DNA from: Hormiphora californensis | Taxonomy: Eukaryota; Animalia; Ctenophora | Direction of reading: 5' to 3' | NCBI GenBank assembly: GCA_020137815.1 | Contig: CM035350.1 | Location: 558,001 to 622,000 of the forward strand | Length of the DNA: 64,000 nucleotides | Shown here: positions 24,405-35,242 of the stretch, piece by piece | Position numbering within the stretch: position 1 is the stretch's first letter | Layout of the letters: each line of letters starts with the position of its first letter | Translations under genes and position numbers: made by a program | The notes under the pieces: generated by a model | Databases searched by the model: none | What the model was told of the DNA's origin: nothing | Seen by the model: only the letters and a program-made list of their open reading frames with translations

Positions 24405-25370
24405 TTTTCCCTGTCCGGATGAAGTACATCAAGACATCCCGGAAGTGTTCCCCCGAGCAGATATCTACGATGGTCCCTTTACTGAAAAGGAATTCAAGAA
24501 GGCAGCTCTCCTAGCAGACTCAGTGGAAGATCTTGGCGTTATCATGCGGGAGGTAGAGAGTGTCTGCAAGGAGGTGGGTCTCGAGATAAACCGGGCGAAG
24601 AAATAGTTCATGGTTGAGGGTATAATACCAGACCCTTGGTGACATATAGACACCTGGCGCGACCCCCGCACACTGTGTGAGCTCAATCTTGGTCGTGCAC
24701 GGTGTCAATGTCACCAAACCAGACCCGGTCCTCTGAACAGTATCGATCGCACTAGGATAAAGTTGAGCGGGGACTTTAAATATCTCGGATTGTTGGTAAG
24801 GGACTCAAATATTTAGGAAGGCCAAAGCATGAAACGCGTGTCATGGGCTTAGGACTGTTTGGAATTCGAAACTAAACGATGTATCGGCTGGCCTTGATCT
24901 TATCGCGATAAGATCAAGGCCAGACTTTTCGTAGCAACGGTTGAAACAGTTCTCTTGTATGGTTGCGAAAGCTGGACGCTCGCCAAAGACATGGAAAGGA
25001 GTCTTGACTCTTGACGGTACCTACACGAGGATGCTACTGCAGATGGCACTAAATAAAAACCAGTACCTCTTTAAAATGAGCAATGCCACGTAGACCACGC
25101 TGTACGGTATCGAAAATCTCCCTATCCTTAGAACCACAATAGTGGAAAGGAGACTCCGACTAGCCGGTCATGCTGTGCGTCACCCTGAACTCACGCTCAA
25201 CAAGGTTATACTCTGGGAGCATCTCCACGGAAATTCCAGGCGAGGGCGACCGAAGCAGACCTTTTTTTGATGTACTCTGACGGGACACGGGACTCAGGGA
25301 AACCTCCGAATTGGCTACTATTATGACTGATCGTGTCGGGTGGATAAGTGCTATTCATAGAGTTCGGAAA
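24405..25370 (+). mobile_element. Degenerate RTE-clade LINE fragment
   Basis: AALLADS..CKEVGLEINRAK; DFKYLG; VETVLLYGCESWTL; DGTYTRML; RRLRLAGHAVRHPE..ILWE..RRGRPKQT. Confidence 0.8.
24636..24717. mobile_element. 82-bp MITE with 9-bp TSD (Mutator-like), inserted in the RTE fragment
   Basis: TIR ttggtgacat/atgtcaccaa; TSD accagaccc at 24627-24635 and 24718-24726. Confidence 0.8.
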
Positions 25371-27732
25371 TACGGGGGGAGACACACTGAAGTTGGGCGC
25401 GCTCGTTCAAATCTCAACCTCGCGACACATAGTTGTCCCAATTCACCAAAACTTTTAAAAAACGGTGAAATTGACTCGGTATAGATAAAGGACACCTCGA
25501 GAGATGTACCAGTAAACAAGTTAGCATCTTACAAATAATTTCTCAACCGAAAATGGGTTTTTGCAAAACTTCAAACTTTTCCGCGAAACTTCGAACTTCG
25601 AACTTCAGTGTGTTTCACGCAATGGTAATGTATTAATTGCACTGAACTGCTGTAGACATCACCCACTCACTTCATACACACACAACACCCACACACATGA
25701 CCAAGCCTGTACGACAGGTTATTGATCACCGGCTGTATTACAGCACGAGAGAGCCGTCACTAGTATCGTGCAGTGATCATATAGCAGTACGGCAAATAAT
25801 ATCTTTGTATCAGAATTCTCAGAATGAACAGTTGGGCTATAGCAGTTGATCACGTCATATTAATTGTGTTTCACGCAGTTGAGAGTTGAACGCGCGCGAC
25901 CAACCTCAGTGTGTCTAAGTCAGTAAGTACTAAGTAAGTCAATAGGCACTAAAGTGCGATTTTTAATAAAGCGAACCGCTTGCGCGCAAATCAGAGCATT
26001 TCACGCACATCACACATCACGAGCTACCAATTTCAATTCAAAACTTAAATTCGCGCCCCCCCCCCCCCCCCCCCCGGTTCGCTTTCTTAAAAATCGGACT
26101 TTATGGGGTCAATTCCGGTTAGCTCGCAAAATACCGTGTTTATAGCCCCAGAAATCTAAAATCAGAAATCTAAAATCTTGACCCTGTTACACATAAAATT
26201 GGCGCTGGAAAAACGCGCGTTTTGACCCCACAGTGGTTATAAAGTCGGATTTTTTGAAACTGTCGCACCCCTGAAATAACAAAATTTGTCATATCTCCGA
26301 TTCCTGATAAGATAGAGACTTGAAAGTTGAAATTTGGAAGTTCGGAAGAACTTAGCAAGATCTTCGTAACCTCCAAATTTCAAGTCTCTATCTCATCAGG
26401 AACCGGACTTATGGTCATTTAAAGAAATTTGAAAACTCTAAAAAACGACAGTTATTTAAAATCAGACTATAGAATTCGAAAATGACATATTTGCACATGT
26501 ATCCATAGCAGGAAGCGACCGAATATTCGGTTAGGTTCCGTTCGGTTCGGTGATTCGGTGTTTTTCCGGCGGTTCGGTTCGGTTCGGTTCGGTTCAGTGG
26601 AAAATTTTGGCCGAACCACCGAATTTGTTGTTCAAAAAATGGCCAAAAATCGGGCTTTTCAGCCATCATTTTTTCAATTATTTCACAAATTTTTTTATGG
26701 ATTTCAATGTCAATTTCGCCATATGAACCCTATTTCGAATCGGTGGTGCTATGTGGAAATGATTTCGCTAGTTAGCGGGTTCGATATGGATTGATTTGAT
26801 ACGTGACTTCCCGTCGAATCGTGTCCTCATGAGAGGGTCAACAAATTAAGAAACTATTTTTTCAAAAAATTCATGGAGAGCACCGATCAAGGTGTTAAGA
26901 CACGGTGTCCTGGAAGGAGGTTTTACCTCGCCTAGAGTGACCCGGGAAGTCAAAAAATACGTGGGGCCCCACGTATTTTTTGACGTAGAATCCGAAAAAC
27001 ATAAAATTAAAATCCTGTGATGTGCCGTTTTTTGCGTAAAACGGCAAAAACTGTTATTTTTAGCAATTTTCGACTTTTTTCGTATTTCAGAGGTTCTAGG
27101 AAATCCCCTTTAGGAGATACGGTCTTGAGAATTTTTACCAATAAAATATAATCAATTTGCTACAGATTGGTCTTGGGTTTGTGTGATTTGGTTGAAAACT
27201 CTCGTTACTATGGCCCCTCAAAGATGTATACTCTGCAAACACGTTTTTGGCTCCTGTGGCCACAGTTGTGGATCAAAATAAGAATTAGTATAAAAATTCT
27301 TCTCAACCTATTTTTTACGAAATTTGATTTCATGGAGGCGTGTGGTGGGAGAAATGGCTCACCCTAGAACAATTACAAGTTAATAGCAAAAATGCATAAT
27401 AACCTGTAAATCACTTGTAATTCGAAGTTCAAACTAGTTTTGAAATAGTTTTGAAATATTTTTAGAAAAATTTTAGTTTTGAAATAGCTTTTGAAATATT
27501 TTTGAAATAGCTTTTGAAATAGCTTTTGAAATAGCTTTTGAAATAGCTTTTGAAATGGCTTTGGACGGGTGGTAGAAATGGCTCATGTGGCTCATCTGGC
27601 AGCTGCACGATCATTATGAACACAAGGACATTCATATAAAAGCGAAAATCAGTGTACCCGACTAATTTTAATACGCTGAATCACGTGAGCAACTCTGGCA
27701 AGCGCTCAGATGTGAAGAAAGTGCCCTAATTG

Positions 27733-29939
27733 GGCAATTTTGCATTTGCGGGCATCGCACTATAGACGCAGTACCCACGTACTAAAGACGCATTATAAAC
27801 GCATTATAAACGCATTTATATAGACGCATTATAGACACACGCAATATAGACGCAATTTCGTAAGCAGCACTATAGACGCAATGTAGACGCATTATAACAG
27901 CAACATAAACGCATTTTTATAGACGCGACGCAGTATAGCCGCATTATAGGCGCACTACCCACCCCAAAATCACCTTATAGACGCACTATAGACGCATTAT
28001 AGACTGACTATAGCAGCACCATAAACGCTACATAGACCCATATAGACGCATGATAGAAGCATTATAAACGCAAATCGCTTTTTATAGACGCCGCGTCTAT
28101 AAAAAACGTGCTTTTTTAAGAAGCACTATAGACGTACTCAGACGCACGCTGCGATATTTGAGGCGCAGTTGGGCGTTTTATATACCCTGCTAACTTAAAT
28201 AACCCGCCAGCGGCGAGAAGTCCCACTGGCGCGCTCTCAATATACAGCCAGTCCAGCGGCAGATTATTTCCCACTGGCTGGCTGTTTATTATTAACTCCT
28301 ATGTTACATTCAAAGTGTGTGTAAATGATCAGTTCTTACTGAAATACAGAGGGAACACTGTTTGCAAGAGTTACACACTGCATTGGAGAGAAAGAAACAA
28401 CACATTCCGTCAATTTCTCTCTCTTTATCTCCCCTTTTGTTTCACTATCTCAATTCCTCTGTGTTATGTCTGGCATGCCCCATATCTTGTTATTTCTTTC
28501 TCTCTCTCCTTAGTAACTGTTACCAAACAATATACACTCAATTGAGAGATGTTTTTGACTGTTTCTCAGTTCTCTTTGTGTGTGTTGATTAGTGTTCTCT
28601 CTCTTGTTAGTGTGTAATACTTGAAACAAACAACTAAAGCAGGGTATATAACCCATAAACTCTGACCAATGGCACGTTATTGGTTTAAACCCCTCCGCCT
28701 CTCCCTCGGCTACGCCTCAGGATCGTCGTCGTGATTTAAACCAGTTTATCCGCCACTGGCGGATAAACTAAAGCTACCTTCTCCCAGCGGCGCGCTGGGA
28801 GAAAGGTATCTGAAATAACGTGCCAGTGGCCAGAGTTTATGCCTCATATAAACGCATCTTTGTTGCATATAAAACTTTTATTAAAAGGAAGCAGTATAGA
28901 CGCATTATAGACGCAGTATAGCCGCATGTGTGCGAAATCGATAAAGACGTAATATAGACGCAAAATAAGAAGGAGAGGGAGAGGGAGGGAGGAGAGCGAA
29001 GGAGATGGAAAGGGGGAGGGAGGGATACAGGGACAGAGACCGACGGATAAACTTAAAGACCTGAGACAGACGGACAGAGTTTAAGATGGAGATAGAGAGT
29101 AAGATGGAGAGAGAGTGAGATAGGGACGGAGTGAGACAGAAAAAGACAGAGATGGACGGACTATCTCCCTCTCTCTCCATCTTAATCTCTCTCCATCTTA
29201 ATCTCTCCGTCTGTCTCAGATCTTTGTGCATCTGCATCTCTGTATCCCTCCCTCTCTCCCTCTTTCCCTCTCCTTCCCTCTCCCTCCCTCCCTCCCTCCA
29301 TCTCTCCATCTGTCTCTATCTGATCTGGTTCTGTATCCCTCCCTCTCTCCCTCTCTCCCTCTTTCCCTCTCCTTCCCTCTCCCTCCCTCCCTCCCTTTCT
29401 CTCTCCCTGATCTCCTTCTTATTTTGCGTCTATATTGCGTCTTTATCGATGTCGCACACATGCGGCTATAATGCGTCTATAATGCGTCTATACTGCTTCC
29501 TTTTATATGCGACAAAAATGCGTTTATAGTTCGCCCAACTGCGCCTCAAATATCGCAGCGTGCGTCTGAGTACGTCTATAGTGCTTCTTAAAAAAGCACG
29601 TTTTTTATAGACGCGGCGTCTATAAAAAGCGATTTGCGTTTATAATGCTTCTATCATGCGTCTATATGGGTCTATGTAGCGTTTATGGTGCTGCTATAGT
29701 CAGTATAATGCGTCTATAGTGCGTCTATAATGCGGCTATACTGCGTCGCGTCTATAAAAATGCGTTTATGTTGCTGTTATAATGCGTCTACATTGCGTCT
29801 ATAGTGCTGCTTACGAAATTGCGTCTATATTGCGTGTGTCTATAATGCGTCTATAATGCGTTTATAATGCGTTTATAATGCGTCTATAGTACGTGGGTAC
29901 TGCGTCTATAGTGCGATGCCCGCAAATGCAAAATTGCCC
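27733..29939. repeat. ~2.2-kb palindromic foldback of tatagacgcat tandem repeats with a GA/CT-rich core; left arm interrupted at ~28176-28845
   Basis: 27733-28175 plus 28846-29160 is the reverse complement of ~29165-29939. Confidence 0.8.
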
Positions 29940-30919
29940 CCTATTTGAGCATAATTGGATGTAATTGACCGGACTTACAACTATTCTCCTGAAAACGCTA
30001 GAAGTTAATGTGAGGGCACTTTTCCGACTAACTTTGATACGCTGAATCACTTAAAAAACTTTTCCAAGCCCTCAGAGGTGAAGAAAGTGCCCTAATTGAG
30101 CAATTATGGTCAATTAGACCCAATCAATTAGGGCAATTTCCCCGCCTCTTAGGTCTTGGAAAAGTTGCTTACGTGAATCAGCGTATCAAAGTTAGTCGGA
30201 AAAGTGCCCTCACATTAACTTCTAGCGTTTTCAGGAAAAAAGTTGTAAGTCCGGTCAATTACACCCAATTATGCTCAATTAGGGCACTTTCTTCACATCT
30301 GAGCGCTTACCAGAGTTGCTTCAGCGTATTAAAATTAGTCGGGTACACTGGTTTTCGCTTTTATATGAATGTCCTTGTGTTCATAATGATCGTGCAGCTG
30401 CCATTTCTACCGCCCGTCCAAAGCCATTTCAAAAGCTATTTCAAAAGCTATTTCAAAAGCTATTTCAAAACTATTTCATAAAACCAGTTAATTGTTTTGA
30501 TGAAGGAGCAGTTACTATGCGCTGACGTGACGCTAAGCGATTTTTCCCTGCCCGGGTGGATTTATCGAATCGAAAAATGACCCTCAAGTTTTCGAAAGAT
30601 CTCGTCGAGATCTACAATAAATTTTTCGATTCGATGCAAAGTAAAGGAGTGACGTACAGTAACCTAAATTTCGAGTGGCGTGCGACTTTTGCACGTGCAT
30701 GTTCAAAGCGCTCCTAATACTAATATTCTTGTTAATAACGCTCGAGTTACTATTTAAAATCCGAGATTTCTAAACCCCGTATGAGTCATCACACACCTTC
30801 GACAAAATTAAAATTTTTATTTTAAACCCAGACACACCAGCGGTTGTTAAAAAAATTCTCCCCCTATTCTCACAGTCACAATCTCGCGCGCCATTTTGAC
30901 GGGTGTTAAAGTTAAAGTG

Positions 30920-31378
30920 AGAGTGGACCGGATCAGAATTGAACAAGTTTGTTGTAGGTAGTAGAGAATAGCTTTCTGAGCATTTTGCGTTTTTGCCGCT
31001 CAAAATCGACCCACCCATCACTGAGATATTTTTGTTATGTTGGGAGAATTTCTGCTGGATCAATATTTATCAAACTGGATAGAAACAATCCTTGTGTTTT
31101 ACACATTATTTAAATTTCCAATATGCTGGATTACATTGCCCTTCTTCTGTGCATGGACAGGTCAACCTCACTGCTTATATTCAGAATGTGTTAATAAAAC
31201 ACCACGATTGTTTCTAGTCTGTTTTATACATACTGATTAAACAGGAGTTCTCCCAACATAACAAAAATATCTCAGTGATGGGTGGGTCGATTTTGAGCGG
31301 CAAAAACGCAAAATGCTCAGAAAGCTAATCTCTACTACCTACAACAAACTTGTCCGATTCTGATTCGGTCCACTCTCA
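30920..31378. mobile_element. MITE with ~130-bp TIRs
   Basis: 30920-31049 is the reverse complement of 31248-31378. Confidence 0.7.
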
Positions 31379-31479
31379 CCCTTGGGTACGAAATAACCCC
31401 TCACCGGGCGACCTTCGCGCGCACTGGCAAGGGGTAACTTCGTAACCAAACCCTAACCCTAACCTTCTACGCAACTTTA

Positions 31480-32054
31480 GGTGTGCGGACTCTAGTGCTA
31501 CACTCTAAGTCTACAGTGGACTCTATATCTAAATTTAGATTTAGATAAAGAGTCCAAATAAGTCTAAACTCTAGGAGGACTCTATCTCTAAAAAGTCTAA
31601 ACAGGGCGGACTCTTTATATAAAAAGTCTACAAAGAGCGGACTCTATATCTACATAAATCTAAATTAGACATAGAGTCCGCCATTCTCAGCGAACTCGAG
31701 ATTTCGGCCGTTAGGCCGGAAACGAGAGTTTGCTGTACCTCTATACTAACTGAGAAGTGTTAGGGCCATTATTTGGGTTCGAGGTTAGGGTTAGGGTTAG
31801 GGTTAGGGTTAGGTTTTGGTGGGTTTAGATTTTAGACATAGGTCCGGTTGGGGGATTTGGCGCCAAAATGTACCAGGGGACTCTATGTCTAAAAAGTCTA
31901 CACAGTGGGACTCTATATCTAAAAAGTCTACACTGGGCAGACTCTTTATCTAAACTTTTTTCAAAGTCTAACTGTAGATAAAGAGTCCGCTTTTAGATAT
32001 AGAGTCCGCCTTGAATTTAGATAAAGAGTCCGTTAGCACTAGAGTCCGCCCACC
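31480..32054. mobile_element. Inverted relative of the 13454-14159 MITE, with an internal (TTAGGG)n run
   Basis: Same TIR and ggactct repeats; ggttag run at ~31782-31813. Confidence 0.75.
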
Positions 32055-32422
32055 CTACGCAACTGCCCCTTCATAAAAATTAAACAATTGAAGGCGGTGC
32101 GAATTGTGGTGCACTTTGTAATGCTACTAATACACACGGATTTGTTCTCTTCTGTTTGTCTGCCGAACTGCCTAGGCCATGATGGCATGATATCCTATCT
32201 TTGATAGGGAAATTCAGCGTTATGTAACAACAGAATGCAAATAATCTTGTTATTGGTGACACCGATTGGGTAGGCTCACTTTACTATATTATTTGGGTGA
32301 CTAAAAGCCTCCACAGCTACTGATCAAATCGTACGCTGATCAAAATCAAAGATCTCTTGATCAACCCACACAGACTTTTTATCAGTTGGAGCCTGCTCGT
32401 CTATTATAATGGAAGGACTTAC

Positions 32423-32536
32423 AGCATTAGGAGCGTGATCGGTGTGGTTATAACAATCATGAATGACAATAACAGGATCGTCCTCTAGCTCTCTTCCATG
32501 CAATCCAAACTTGTACAGGAAATCGTGGTTTGCAAT
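32423..32536 (-). CDS. PDI-family protein, internal exon (b' domain)
   Basis: cag|IANHDFLYKFGLHGRELEDDPVIVIHDCYNHTDHAPNA|gtaagt; 114 bp, phase 0-0; the donor choice is less certain. Confidence 0.7.
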
Positions 32537-33005
32537 CTGCATAAAATTGTCATCAGTATTCTATGTAATTTGGGCAGGGTTGGGGTGGGGTTCTGACAAA
32601 TTTCGGGAAATTTGGGTCTTTTTTTGTTCGATCAGATAAAGAGTAACTTTTTCCTAATTTTGTATAGCTTGTAGATCTACTCAATTATTGTGTTATTAGC
32701 GGCCGGGTGAGGTTTTCCATCATCCCCAGGAACGTCCTAAAGAACGTCTTAAAGTCGTCATTTTTTTAAACTCTGACCAAACTTCTTTGAGCTCAATTTA
32801 CACCCTGAAGACGGATTCTAATAGAAAAATATTTGCAATTTCGCGATTCTAACCTCTTTGTACCTATTCTACTACAATATACATCTACATGGGTAAAAAA
32901 TCTCAAAAATGATGCATATTACCAAAACTAAACTCATTACCAAAACTAATTGAAATTATGGGGCCGGAAAGGTTGCCCTAATATTTGAGCTACCTTTGGC
33001 ACCAG

Positions 33006-33541
33006 TTGGTGACATATGGGGGGAGACACACTGAAGTTGGGCGCGCTCGTTCAACTCTCAACCTCGCGACACACACTGAAGTTCGAAGTTTCGCGAAAAC
33101 CCATTTTCGGCTGAGAAATCATTTGTAAGAGGCTAACTTATTTACTGGTACATCTCTCGAGGTGTCCTTTATCCATACTGAGTCAATAACCGTTTTTGAA
33201 ATTTTTTGCTAATTCGGTCACAGTGTCCAATTCACCAAAAATTTAAAAACGGTGAAATTGACTCGGTATGGATAAAGGACACCTCGAGAGATGTACCAGT
33301 AAATAAGTTAGCCACTTACAAATGATTTCTCAGCCGAAAATGGGTTTTCGCGAAACTTCGAACTTCGAACTTCAGTGTGTGTCGCGAGGTTGAGAGTTGA
33401 ACGAGCGCGCCCAACTTCAGTGTGTCTCGCCCCATAGACACCGTGCGCGACCAAGATTGAGCTCACACACGAGCTCGATCTCAGTCGCTGCGCGACCTCG
33501 ATCTCGCACGCACTAGGTGTCAATGTCACCAATGTCACCAA
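33006..33541. mobile_element. Mutator-like MITE (9-bp TSD) containing a nested ~420-bp palindromic MITE
   Basis: TSD tggcaccag at 32997-33005 and 33542-33550; inner TIR gagacacactgaagttgggcgcgctcgttcaa, with a relative starting near 25373. Confidence 0.75.
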
Positions 33542-34243
33542 TGGCACCAGTACATTCCCCTGTGAAAATAGACAAAGCTTCTGTAATCTGTACCCTGTCT
33601 GTACCATGTGAATGTTAAGGTGGCAAAGGTAGCTCAAATACTAGGGCAACCTTTCCGGCCCACTAATTTCAATTACTTTTGGTACGGCACATTCAGTGTG
33701 TTTGTATCTGATTTTTCAGAATGACGAGTTGGGCTACACTAAACGAACTTCGACGACGTTCATTTCCAAATTATGATAGAGACTAGCGCCGCGCACCCAC
33801 TGGGTGCGCCTCGAGTAAGGAGTTTCGACAACCCACCCAGCTCTGCCGGGTGACCCGTTTTCTTGCCCATTTGACGCTAATTTTACTGTTGCCATGGTAA
33901 CTAAATCGGTAACTATGGCAACTGAGCTGCTAAAAGTTAATTTTAAAAAATCTCAAACTCCCAAAAGTGTGAATAACAGCTTTACACCTTTGGTTAAATA
34001 AATGTCTTAATGGAGTAGCACTGAACGAAGGGACACGACTTCATTTCCAAATTATAATAGAGACTACCGCTCCCACCGGGTTTTGACAACACACCCGGCT
34101 CCGCTTTACAGCTTTAGTCACAGTTGATGAAGGAGCATCGTCGCATAAAAACGCACTGAACGAACGGCCATCACTTCGACGTTTAATTCCGGGTGCGCCT
34201 CAAGTAAGGGGTTTTGACAACCCACAGGTGACCCTTTTTCTTA

Positions 34244-34547
34244 GGGGAAACTCTAACTGAATGGCATCCCATTAATGGCATCCCATTAATGGCATCCCAT
34301 CAACGGTAAAACTCTAACTGATAATGGACCACAGTGATGGTTCTTTCTCTGTATTCTCTCTGTAGGCAGAACATCTATGCACTGCCTACAGAGAGAATAC
34401 AGAGAAAGAACTATAGGGCATGCCCGGGCACGGGCGCGCACACAGAGAGAATACAGAGAAAGAACCATCACTGTGGTCCATTATCAGTTAGAGTTTTACT
34501 GTTGATGGGATCCCATTAATGGGATGCCATTCAGTTAGAGTTTCCCC
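34244..34547. mobile_element. PIF/Harbinger-type MITE (palindromic)
   Basis: GGGG...CCCC TIRs; TTA TSD at 34241-34243 and 34548-34550; empty-site paralogue near 33860. Confidence 0.85.
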
Positions 34548-34798
34548 TTACCCATTTGACGCCAATTTTACTGTTACCATGGCAACTGTATCGGTAACTA
34601 TGGCGACTGAGTCGATTAAGGACCTTAATTTAAGTTATTCGAAAATAATCACAAACTCCCAAAAGTGTTATTAACAGCTTTACAGCTTTAGTCATGAATG
34701 TGTTGATGAAGGAGCACTGTCTCCTAACAACGCGCTGAACAAACGGCTTCGACGACGACGACTTTTGTTCAATTCCAGATTGTAATAGAGATCCTTAC

Positions 34799-34896
34799 CT
34801 CATCAGCAATGGCAAATTGAACAGGAGCTTTATCATGCTTTAACCCATCATACTTTCGAGCAACTTTTGCTAACTGCTTTACTATTCTTCGTTGAT
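34799..34896 (-). CDS. PDI-family protein, most 5' exon found (b' domain)
   Basis: ttttgcag|(D)QRRIVKQLAKVARKYDGLKHDKAPVQFAIADE|gtaagg; joins in frame to the exon at 32536. Confidence 0.75.
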
Positions 34897-35242
34897 CTGC
34901 AAAAAGATGGATTATAAGCCGAAATAATGTATAGAATCAGAATCGTTTCTATTAGCTGTCAGGCCAATACTCTGACCACAGTTCTACCAAGGAATGAGAA
35001 TAGGATTAGGCCAATGCTCTGACAGTCTATGATCGAGAGAGACACTATGGGGGGGGGTGCAGCCCCAAAAATGTACAACCTTCCAAAACCACAGCATAGT
35101 ATAATGTGATAGGTAGGGGTACCGGTAGTCCTCCATATGTCAGTACCCATTAGCATCTATGTACCTCATCATGCACACCCTTCTCTGAGTGCTGCTGAAA
35201 CTACCAATACACCCATGATACACAAAGCCCCCGTGTACTTAC

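Noticed and set aside
31782-31813. True telomere or chromosome fusion site
   Set aside because: Short TTAGGG run internal to a MITE that is present twice in the window
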